Origin: Naegleria gruberi
Taxonomy: Eukaryota
Reading direction: 5' to 3' (one strand)
Assembly: GCA_000004985.1 (NCBI GenBank)
Contig: GG739047.1
DNA length: 9,105 bases
Shown: piece by piece, positions 1-8,041 of the stretch
Numbering within the stretch: position 1 is the stretch's first letter
Layout of the letters: each line of letters starts with the position of its first letter
Made by a program: the position numbers and the translations under genes
The notes under the pieces: model-generated
Database searches by the model: none
What the model was told of the DNA's origin: nothing
Seen by the model: only the letters and a program-made list of their open reading frames with translations

Positions 1-194
1 GNATTGACACTAAAGGAATATTTGGTGGCAATGACAAGCTCATTTCTGTCAATGTTGTGTTTCTTGATGAGTTGACCAATGAGTTTTTCACTTTCACCAT
101 CTTGATACAAATTGGCAGTATCGATAAAGTTACCACCAGCTTGAAGGTATCTTAAAAAGATTTTCTCATTTTCTTCATCAGTTGATCCAACACC
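1..194 (-). CDS. Aldo-keto reductase (AKR) family oxidoreductase, exon 2, partial (continues beyond window start)
   Basis: Minus-strand translation from 194 down to 3 is open. It reads GVGSTDEENEKIFLRYLQAGGNFIDTANLYQDGESEKLIGQLIKKHNIDRNELVIATKYSFSVN. The GxNFIDTAxxY...E..LG...RxExVIATK pattern is the classic AKR signature region. The frame joins exon 1 in phase 0. Confidence 0.75.
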
Positions 195-245
195 CTATTC
201 GAATAAACTTTCTAATAAAACAAATTCAATGAAATATTAACATAC
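195..245 (-). other. Spliceosomal intron, 51 bp (minus-strand GTATGT...AATAG)
   Basis: On the minus strand the intron begins GTATGT at 245-240 and ends AG at 196-195. Reading through gives an immediate in-frame TAA. An earlier AG at 213-212 would give an in-frame stop 20 codons later. Only the acceptor at 196-195 yields the AKR-like continuation. Confidence 0.6.
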
Positions 246-383
246 CATTGAAGTGGAGAAGACGGCATTGTGGCCAAAGTGACCAGTACCCAAAGCAATT
301 GGAGAAACTCTCAATCCGCTTGATCCCAACAACTTGTAGCTTGGAATAGTTTTGAGTTGACTTGTAGTTTGATTATCAGACAT
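246..383 (-). CDS. Aldo-keto reductase exon 1 (start codon at 381-383 on minus strand)
   Basis: 46 codons: MSDNQTTSQLKTIPSYKLLGSSGLRVSPIALGTGHFGHNAVFSTSM. The LGxSGLxVSxxxLGT..FG N-terminal pattern is typical of AKRs. There is an A-rich context upstream of the ATG (aaaataaaATGtct). Confidence 0.75.
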
Positions 384-723
384 TTTATTTTTGTTGGAAA
401 CTCATATTGACCTCTACTCTCACTATTTAAAGAGTAGCTTGGATTTCATACTCACTCACATGAAGGCGGACAGATTACTTTGTGCTTCCTTAGATTTTGT
501 AAACTTTCGTGAGGAATAATTTTGGTTGACTTCAACCAAGCGCTCGAAGAGTGATCTTTCAATTTTAATGGAAACCACTCCATGATGTTTGAATTCAAGA
601 AAATGTTGGATGATAATTTCAAATACGAAATTCCAGCAAGCACAAACTTTCCATGTTGAAGATTATTTTTGGATTTCGAATAATTTGTGCATCCTTTGTA
701 AATTAACCTTCAAACAGCATTAA

Positions 724-753
724 GAGAAAGTAAAAATAAACAATCCTGTTTTT
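724..753. repeat. Left terminal inverted repeat (gagaaagtaaaaataaacaatcctgttttt)
   Basis: It is the exact reverse complement of 2992-3021, 30/30. One more complementary base pair, 723/3022, would make it 31. Confidence 0.85.
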
Positions 754-761
754 AATTTCCG

Positions 762-777
762 GGTTAACATGTTAACC
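762..777. promoter_or_regulatory. 16-bp perfect palindrome ggttaacatgttaacc just inside the left TIR
   Basis: The sequence is self-complementary: two GTTAAC half-sites around an ACATGT core. It lies 8 bp internal to the TIR and directly abuts the TATAAAAG box. Function unknown. It could be a transposase or transcription-factor binding site. Confidence 0.4.
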
Positions 778-785
778 TATAAAAG
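778..785 (+). promoter_or_regulatory. TATA box (TATAAAAG) for the transposon ORF
   Basis: Canonical TATAAAAG lies about 110 bp upstream of the first ATG (896), on the same strand as the ORF. Confidence 0.4.
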
Positions 786-895
786 CGGCTCGAAATTACT
801 GAATTTTAAGAAATGGAACGGTAGCCTAACGGTAATGTTTCGTATCATTTAAACACTGGTCTGAAGATCGAATCTTGTCGGCATCAATAAACAAA

Positions 896-2869
896 ATGCC
901 ATCTCAAAACAATGCAAAGTGCAGAACATTTGTTTGCGTTTGTGGAAGCAAGTGTAATTCAAGTCCAGCCAAGAGTAGACATATTAAAAAGTGCAATCAT
1001 TTTGCCAAAGCAAGAGAGTTTATTAATACTTCATATCCAGAGCTCTCTTTAAATAAATTAATACAACCAAACATTATTGAACCAATCATTAATGTTGTTA
1101 ACAATGATCCTCTAGAAGCATCCTATATCAAGATGGGAAGGGCTGTTGTTAAGTTAATCCAAGAACTTCCAATTACATCACCTCTTAGAAGACCAATGGT
1201 TGCCAAGATTTGTAAAACTGTAAGACCTAAAGATGCTGTTATCATCTTGAATTTCGATGAATCTACCATTAGAAAGGCCAAGAAAGAAAGTGATGATTTT
1301 GTATTGATGATGAAATCTAAACCAAATAGCACTAGAGAGAAAATCTCAGCCACTGATATTGATAGAATCCAGAAGTATTGGTATGATTCATGTCGTGTTT
1401 CATCTACTGATGTTTTGCAAGCAAAGAGGAAGAGTGCAACATCTGAGGCTGTTATTGTTTCAAAATATTGGCAAGACTCACCTACTTGTTGGATTTTCCA
1501 ACAATATGTGGACTTCAGTGAACACAACCAAATTCCCTATCACTCCATTGGTACATTTGTCAAATACAAACCAAATAATATTAGACCATCCAAGAAGTTA
1601 GAAGGTATTTGCCCAATCTGTAAAGATTTCAAGAACAACAAGGCCAAGTATGAAGAAGCTGACCAATTATTGAAACATTTCAAGCAGGAGCCAGAGTGTG
1701 ATTGTAATCATTGTCAGCATTATAGTGAAAACTCTCAAGTTGAATTAATAGCACTTCAAAGAAAGTATGAGAAACATCTACTTCACGCTCAGCTCATCGT
1801 AGATAAATCCAAATATTGGGAGAAGGCAAAGCAAGAATTAAAAGAAGACGAGTTGATCGTTGTGATGGATTTTGCAAGTGGTTGGGAGGTAATCGATAAA
1901 GCTGTAGAAACAACCAACGAGTTTTTTGAGAAACATTACATCAAAGACATGATTGTTGTTGTGGTTAGAAAGTTAGGTGGAGAATTTCATTACACTTACT
2001 TTGATTTGATCAATGACAACCATACTTCTGATCATCACTACGTCAGAGAAGCTTGGGATTACTTATTATCGTCCGAAGAAATATTCACCAACAAATCTAA
2101 AATATTTCTTTTCTCCGATGGTGGGCCTGCTCATTACAAGATGTGTAAGACTGTTGTTATGATTGGAGAGATGACAAGAAAATATGATATTAATATTGAG
2201 TACAACTTCTATCCATCACACCATGGCAAGGGTCTTTGTGATGCACACATAGGAGTAGGTAAAAAGTATATCAAGAACAAAGTAAAGAGTAGAGAAGTAG
2301 AGGTGGAATCAATTGATGACATTGAGATGTTACTCAAGCAGTTGAAAGGAACCAAGGTTATTCGTTTGGACAATATTAAAACCTTTGAAGATTATAATGT
2401 AGAAAACATTGACAAGGTTAGATCATTTCACCAATATACTTACGAATTCGATTCAGAGAACAATATGTCATTATTATGTAAGATATCTTATGAAGAAGAA
2501 TCGTCTGTCATCAAGAATGTTAATTTAATAACTAATTCTGGAGGAAAGCTCACACCCAATCACTGTCTATTTTGCAACAAAACAGGACACAATCATAGAT
2601 TGTGCAAATTATTAGACGAACAATATAAGAAAGAAGATTTCGATCCTTCAGATCATCAATTCTTATCTCGTGAAGACGAGTACCTACCAGATGGGGAGGA
2701 GAGTGAAAGCGATGAATTATTGTATGATTCAGATAGTGATTATGATAGTATTAGTGAATCAGAGAGTGAGTTAGATAATGTTAGTACATCAAGCAACGAA
2801 CAACTTACGGTTGGAAAGAGAGCAGGAAGAGGCAATAAATTAAATGCCATCATTAGCAGTTTGATGTAA
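896..2869 (+). CDS. Transposase-like protein, 657 aa, with DDE/RNase-H-like core carrying a C(2)H motif, zinc-binding clusters and a CCHC zinc knuckle
   Basis: A 1974-nt uninterrupted ORF in AT-rich DNA. The first ATG is at 896. The ORF-track start at 875 is a TTG. Candidate catalytic residues are D in LIVVMDFASGW (1868-1870) and D in IFLFSDGGPAHYK (2117-2119), 83 aa downstream. E-AW-YLL lies between them. A CDAH, i.e. C(2)H, motif follows 40 aa after the second D (2237-2248). An acidic run, SREVEVESIDDIEM, could hold the catalytic E. An N-terminal Cys/His cluster CVCGSKCNSSPAKSRHIKKCNH runs about 920-1000. A central cluster CPIC...CDCNHCQH runs about 1610-1725. A C-terminal CX2CX4HX4C zinc knuckle CLFCNKTGHNHRLC sits at 2564-2605. 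An acidic Ser/Asp/Glu tail follows at about 2672-2780. Confidence 0.75.
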   Translation: MPSQNNAKCRTFVCVCGSKCNSSPAKSRHIKKCNHFAKAREFINTSYPELSLNKLIQPNIIEPIINVVNNDPLEASYIKMGRAVVKLIQELPITSPLRRPMVAKICKTVRPKDAVIILNFDESTIRKAKKESDDFVLMMKSKPNSTREKISATDIDRIQKYWYDSCRVSSTDVLQAKRKSATSEAVIVSKYWQDSPTCWIFQQYVDFSEHNQIPYHSIGTFVKYKPNNIRPSKKLEGICPICKDFKNNKAKYEEADQLLKHFKQEPECDCNHCQHYSENSQVELIALQRKYEKHLLHAQLIVDKSKYWEKAKQELKEDELIVVMDFASGWEVIDKAVETTNEFFEKHYIKDMIVVVVRKLGGEFHYTYFDLINDNHTSDHHYVREAWDYLLSSEEIFTNKSKIFLFSDGGPAHYKMCKTVVMIGEMTRKYDINIEYNFYPSHHGKGLCDAHIGVGKKYIKNKVKSREVEVESIDDIEMLLKQLKGTKVIRLDNIKTFEDYNVENIDKVRSFHQYTYEFDSENNMSLLCKISYEEESSVIKNVNLITNSGGKLTPNHCLFCNKTGHNHRLCKLLDEQYKKEDFDPSDHQFLSREDEYLPDGEESESDELLYDSDSDYDSISESESELDNVSTSSNEQLTVGKRAGRGNKLNAIISSLM

Positions 2870-2982
2870 ACGTATTTTTTTTTAAAATTTTATTCATTAC
2901 AAAATTTTCAACAAATTTCCGTTCCAATTCTGGTGTTTTAAGGTGTGAAGAGCTTTTTCAAACACAGCCTCATTTTCTATTA

Positions 2983-2988
2983 AATAAA
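2983..2988 (+). terminator. Putative polyadenylation signal AATAAA for the transposon ORF
   Basis: AATAAA lies 114 bp after the TAA stop (2867-2869) and 4 bp before the right TIR. A T9 run is at 2873-2881. Confidence 0.3.
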
Positions 2989-2991
2989 GTG

Positions 2992-3021
2992 AAAAACAGG
3001 ATTGTTTATTTTTACTTTCTC
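2992..3021. repeat. Right terminal inverted repeat (aaaaacaggattgtttatttttactttctc)
   Basis: It is the exact reverse complement of 724-753. Confidence 0.85.
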
Positions 3022-3165
3022 TAAATTAAATTCCATCAAACAACATTAAATATTTGGAGAATTTTGATTCAACCAATGTTGAACATGAAGTAATTTATTA
3101 TATTATTAAGAAATTAAATTATTAATATTGTAAATTAAGAAATAAAATTATTAAATATTAAAAAA

Positions 3166-4012
3166 ATGTCTCGATTACAGGAAGCATCTTTACATAAAAC
3201 GCTCGGATCACAGATTATGCAACTCTTGGAAGGAAAAACAACAAATTCATCTTCCTATTCCTTTCAAACTCATCAAGTTAATTATGTATATGGATTGGAT
3301 AAGATTAAATCAATGGTTCCGAATGTAATTATAAACAAAAAGTATGACAATCAACAACAGATGAATGGAATGAGCAAATTACAAATTGAAAAGGAAGAAG
3401 TTTTTGCCAAGCCGGAAGTGATGAACATTCTCGATGATATTTTCAATGTAAAACTTCAAGGAAAATACAATAATAATATAACAGAATATGTTGCCCAGGA
3501 GGAGAAACATTCGTTGGGAGAAAAGAAACAAGTTGATGTGGAAGTAAAGCTGTTCGATGATGAGGATGAGGAACTAGTTGATAAACCTGCAATTTATGAT
3601 GAAAATCAAAAGGAAGTGAAAATTAAATTATTTGATGATATTGATGATGACGATGATGTTCCATTCAAGGATCAACTAAAGGAGAGACAAGTGCAAAAGG
3701 AAAAGTCAGGACACAAGAGAAAGAGAAAGGAAAAGAAATTTTCCTTCTTGGAAGATTCTGATGATGAGGATGAGGAACATGATAAATCCATTGCATTGAA
3801 TGATGAGGATGAGGAAAGTGATGAGGATGAAGATTTACTCAAGAATAAGGCTGCAGAGACTCACAACTTTATCAGCTCTACAAAGGTCAAGAAATCTGAA
3901 AAACCAAACAAGGTAGCCAAGAGACATAAGGAACAAAATGAGTGGAAACAAATTCAAACATTAATGAAGGAAAAGGATGAAAAAAAGAAAGATTCTTCTA
4001 AGGATTCAACAG
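3166..4012 (+). CDS. Acidic, lysine-rich low-complexity protein (possibly nuclear), 5' portion; truncated by the assembly gap
   Basis: ATG at 3166-3168 with a strongly A-rich upstream context (aaaaaATGtct). There are 282 codons with no stop up to the gap. Composition is D/E-rich runs alternating with K/R-rich runs (KRKRKEKK). Codon-level repeats are present. There is a very AT-rich promoter-like region at 3040-3165. Confidence 0.7.
3556..3834 (+). repeat. In-frame acidic codon repeats (GATGATGAGGATGAGGAA) within the 3166 gene
   Basis: Exact 18-mer at 3556-3573 and 3760-3777, and a 17/18 copy at 3799-3816. Each encodes DDEDEE. Also a duplicated peptide motif, VEVKLFDDEDEE (about 3538-3573) and VKIKLFDDIDDDDD (about 3617-3654). 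Confidence 0.8.
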
Positions 4013-7000
4013 NNNNNNNNNNNNNNNNNNNNNNNNNNNNNNNNNNNNNNNNNNNNNNNNNNNNNNNNNNNNNNNNNNNNNNNNNNNNNNNNNNNNNNNN
4101 NNNNNNNNNNNNNNNNNNNNNNNNNNNNNNNNNNNNNNNNNNNNNNNNNNNNNNNNNNNNNNNNNNNNNNNNNNNNNNNNNNNNNNNNNNNNNNNNNNNN
4201 NNNNNNNNNNNNNNNNNNNNNNNNNNNNNNNNNNNNNNNNNNNNNNNNNNNNNNNNNNNNNNNNNNNNNNNNNNNNNNNNNNNNNNNNNNNNNNNNNNNN
4301 NNNNNNNNNNNNNNNNNNNNNNNNNNNNNNNNNNNNNNNNNNNNNNNNNNNNNNNNNNNNNNNNNNNNNNNNNNNNNNNNNNNNNNNNNNNNNNNNNNNN
4401 NNNNNNNNNNNNNNNNNNNNNNNNNNNNNNNNNNNNNNNNNNNNNNNNNNNNNNNNNNNNNNNNNNNNNNNNNNNNNNNNNNNNNNNNNNNNNNNNNNNN
4501 NNNNNNNNNNNNNNNNNNNNNNNNNNNNNNNNNNNNNNNNNNNNNNNNNNNNNNNNNNNNNNNNNNNNNNNNNNNNNNNNNNNNNNNNNNNNNNNNNNNN
4601 NNNNNNNNNNNNNNNNNNNNNNNNNNNNNNNNNNNNNNNNNNNNNNNNNNNNNNNNNNNNNNNNNNNNNNNNNNNNNNNNNNNNNNNNNNNNNNNNNNNN
4701 NNNNNNNNNNNNNNNNNNNNNNNNNNNNNNNNNNNNNNNNNNNNNNNNNNNNNNNNNNNNNNNNNNNNNNNNNNNNNNNNNNNNNNNNNNNNNNNNNNNN
4801 NNNNNNNNNNNNNNNNNNNNNNNNNNNNNNNNNNNNNNNNNNNNNNNNNNNNNNNNNNNNNNNNNNNNNNNNNNNNNNNNNNNNNNNNNNNNNNNNNNNN
4901 NNNNNNNNNNNNNNNNNNNNNNNNNNNNNNNNNNNNNNNNNNNNNNNNNNNNNNNNNNNNNNNNNNNNNNNNNNNNNNNNNNNNNNNNNNNNNNNNNNNN
5001 NNNNNNNNNNNNNNNNNNNNNNNNNNNNNNNNNNNNNNNNNNNNNNNNNNNNNNNNNNNNNNNNNNNNNNNNNNNNNNNNNNNNNNNNNNNNNNNNNNNN
5101 NNNNNNNNNNNNNNNNNNNNNNNNNNNNNNNNNNNNNNNNNNNNNNNNNNNNNNNNNNNNNNNNNNNNNNNNNNNNNNNNNNNNNNNNNNNNNNNNNNNN
5201 NNNNNNNNNNNNNNNNNNNNNNNNNNNNNNNNNNNNNNNNNNNNNNNNNNNNNNNNNNNNNNNNNNNNNNNNNNNNNNNNNNNNNNNNNNNNNNNNNNNN
5301 NNNNNNNNNNNNNNNNNNNNNNNNNNNNNNNNNNNNNNNNNNNNNNNNNNNNNNNNNNNNNNNNNNNNNNNNNNNNNNNNNNNNNNNNNNNNNNNNNNNN
5401 NNNNNNNNNNNNNNNNNNNNNNNNNNNNNNNNNNNNNNNNNNNNNNNNNNNNNNNNNNNNNNNNNNNNNNNNNNNNNNNNNNNNNNNNNNNNNNNNNNNN
5501 NNNNNNNNNNNNNNNNNNNNNNNNNNNNNNNNNNNNNNNNNNNNNNNNNNNNNNNNNNNNNNNNNNNNNNNNNNNNNNNNNNNNNNNNNNNNNNNNNNNN
5601 NNNNNNNNNNNNNNNNNNNNNNNNNNNNNNNNNNNNNNNNNNNNNNNNNNNNNNNNNNNNNNNNNNNNNNNNNNNNNNNNNNNNNNNNNNNNNNNNNNNN
5701 NNNNNNNNNNNNNNNNNNNNNNNNNNNNNNNNNNNNNNNNNNNNNNNNNNNNNNNNNNNNNNNNNNNNNNNNNNNNNNNNNNNNNNNNNNNNNNNNNNNN
5801 NNNNNNNNNNNNNNNNNNNNNNNNNNNNNNNNNNNNNNNNNNNNNNNNNNNNNNNNNNNNNNNNNNNNNNNNNNNNNNNNNNNNNNNNNNNNNNNNNNNN
5901 NNNNNNNNNNNNNNNNNNNNNNNNNNNNNNNNNNNNNNNNNNNNNNNNNNNNNNNNNNNNNNNNNNNNNNNNNNNNNNNNNNNNNNNNNNNNNNNNNNNN
6001 NNNNNNNNNNNNNNNNNNNNNNNNNNNNNNNNNNNNNNNNNNNNNNNNNNNNNNNNNNNNNNNNNNNNNNNNNNNNNNNNNNNNNNNNNNNNNNNNNNNN
6101 NNNNNNNNNNNNNNNNNNNNNNNNNNNNNNNNNNNNNNNNNNNNNNNNNNNNNNNNNNNNNNNNNNNNNNNNNNNNNNNNNNNNNNNNNNNNNNNNNNNN
6201 NNNNNNNNNNNNNNNNNNNNNNNNNNNNNNNNNNNNNNNNNNNNNNNNNNNNNNNNNNNNNNNNNNNNNNNNNNNNNNNNNNNNNNNNNNNNNNNNNNNN
6301 NNNNNNNNNNNNNNNNNNNNNNNNNNNNNNNNNNNNNNNNNNNNNNNNNNNNNNNNNNNNNNNNNNNNNNNNNNNNNNNNNNNNNNNNNNNNNNNNNNNN
6401 NNNNNNNNNNNNNNNNNNNNNNNNNNNNNNNNNNNNNNNNNNNNNNNNNNNNNNNNNNNNNNNNNNNNNNNNNNNNNNNNNNNNNNNNNNNNNNNNNNNN
6501 NNNNNNNNNNNNNNNNNNNNNNNNNNNNNNNNNNNNNNNNNNNNNNNNNNNNNNNNNNNNNNNNNNNNNNNNNNNNNNNNNNNNNNNNNNNNNNNNNNNN
6601 NNNNNNNNNNNNNNNNNNNNNNNNNNNNNNNNNNNNNNNNNNNNNNNNNNNNNNNNNNNNNNNNNNNNNNNNNNNNNNNNNNNNNNNNNNNNNNNNNNNN
6701 NNNNNNNNNNNNNNNNNNNNNNNNNNNNNNNNNNNNNNNNNNNNNNNNNNNNNNNNNNNNNNNNNNNNNNNNNNNNNNNNNNNNNNNNNNNNNNNNNNNN
6801 NNNNNNNNNNNNNNNNNNNNNNNNNNNNNNNNNNNNNNNNNNNNNNNNNNNNNNNNNNNNNNNNNNNNNNNNNNNNNNNNNNNNNNNNNNNNNNNNNNNN
6901 NNNNNNNNNNNNNNNNNNNNNNNNNNNNNNNNNNNNNNNNNNNNNNNNNNNNNNNNNNNNNNNNNNNNNNNNNNNNNNNNNNNNNNNNNNNNNNNNNNNN

Positions 7001-8041
7001 NNNNNNNNNNNNNNNNNNNNNNNNNNNNNNNNNNNNNNNNNNNNNNNNNNNNNNNNNNNNNNNNNNNNNNNNNNNNNNNNNNNNNNNNNNNNNNNNNNNN
7101 NNNNNNNNNNNNNNNNNNNNNNNNNNNNNNNNNNNNNNNNNNNNNNNNNNNNNNNNNNNNNNNNNNNNNNNNNNNNNNNNNNNNNNNNNNNNNNNNNNNN
7201 NNNNNNNNNNNNNNNNNNNNNNNNNNNNNNNNNNNNNNNNNNNNNNNNNNNNNNNNNNNNNNNNNNNNNNNNNNNNNNNNNNNNNNNNNNNNNNNNNNNN
7301 NNNNNNNNNNNNNNNNNNNNNNNNNNNNNNNNNNNNNNNNNNNNNNNNNNNNNNNNNNNNNNNNNNNNNNNNNNNNNNNNNNNNNNNNNNNNNNNNNNNN
7401 NNNNNNNNNNNNNNNNNNNNNNNNNNNNNNNNNNNNNNNNNNNNNNNNNNNNNNNNNNNNNNNNNNNNNNNNNNNNNNNNNNNNNNNNNNNNNNNNNNNN
7501 NNNNNNNNNNNNNNNNNNNNNNNNNNNNNNNNNNNNNNNNNNNNNNNNNNNNNNNNNNNNNNNNNNNNNNNNNNNNNNNNNNNNNNNNNNNNNNNNNNNN
7601 NNNNNNNNNNNNNNNNNNNNNNNNNNNNNNNNNNNNNNNNNNNNNNNNNNNNNNNNNNNNNNNNNNNNNNNNNNNNNNNNNNNNNNNNNNNNNNNNNNNN
7701 NNNNNNNNNNNNNNNNNNNNNNNNNNNNNNNNNNNNNNNNNNNNNNNNNNNNNNNNNNNNNNNNNNNNNNNNNNNNNNNNNNNNNNNNNNNNNNNNNNNN
7801 NNNNNNNNNNNNNNNNNNNNNNNNNNNNNNNNNNNNNNNNNNNNNNNNNNNNNNNNNNNNNNNNNNNNNNNNNNNNNNNNNNNNNNNNNNNNNNNNNNNN
7901 NNNNNNNNNNNNNNNNNNNNNNNNNNNNNNNNNNNNNNNNNNNNNNNNNNNNNNNNNNNNNNNNNNNNNNNNNNNNNNNNNNNNNNNNNNNNNNNNNNNN
8001 NNNNNNNNNNNNNNNNNNNNNNNNNNNNNNNNNNNNNNNNN
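4013..8041. other. Assembly gap (4,029 N)
   Basis: Contiguous run of n. The ORFs at 3166..8076, 3977..8047 and 4006..8187(-) across it are X-translation artefacts. Confidence 1.

Larger units (their letters stand above)
724..3021. mobile_element. Candidate autonomous cut-and-paste DNA transposon (~2.3 kb) with 30-bp perfect TIRs and a single transposase-like ORF
   Basis: Perfect 30-bp inverted repeats at 724-753 and 2992-3021 flank one long intact ORF (896-2869). There is a TATA box upstream and an AATAAA signal downstream. The element lies in the intergenic space between two host genes. TAA is present immediately outside both ends (721-723 and 3022-3024). Confidence 0.7.

Noticed and set aside
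424-434. TATA-like TTTAAATA upstream of the AKR start on the minus strand
   Set aside because: It is only about 41-48 bp from the ATG and in AT-rich DNA. It is too weak and too close to call a promoter element.
452-643. 63-aa minus-strand ORF in the AKR upstream region
   Set aside because: It is short, has no motif support, and lies in what is most likely promoter sequence for the AKR gene. It is probably spurious.
806-885. tRNA-like look (ggtagcctaacggtaa ... gatcgaatc) in the transposon 5' region
   Set aside because: I could not fold a cloverleaf. The TTCGAAT-like stretch sits in a 5-bp stem with only a 3-nt loop (aagat-cga-atctt). There is no acceptor stem or CCA-compatible end on either strand.
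875-895. ORF-track start at 875 for the transposase ORF
   Set aside because: Position 875 is TTG, not ATG. This is a eukaryotic gene, so the first ATG at 896, in an acaaaATGcc context, is the plausible start.
1123-1601. Antisense and overlapping ORFs inside the transposase gene (1123..1527 minus, 134 aa; 1359..1601 plus, 80 aa)
   Set aside because: They lie entirely within, and out of frame or antisense to, the much longer 657-aa ORF. They have no recognisable motifs and are typical shadow ORFs.
706-2969. Direct similarity ttcaaacagc (706-715) versus ttcaaacacagc (2958-2969) near the two element ends
   Set aside because: The two copies are in direct, not inverted, orientation. One lies outside and one inside the TIR-defined element. 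The match is short, has an indel, and is plausibly chance.
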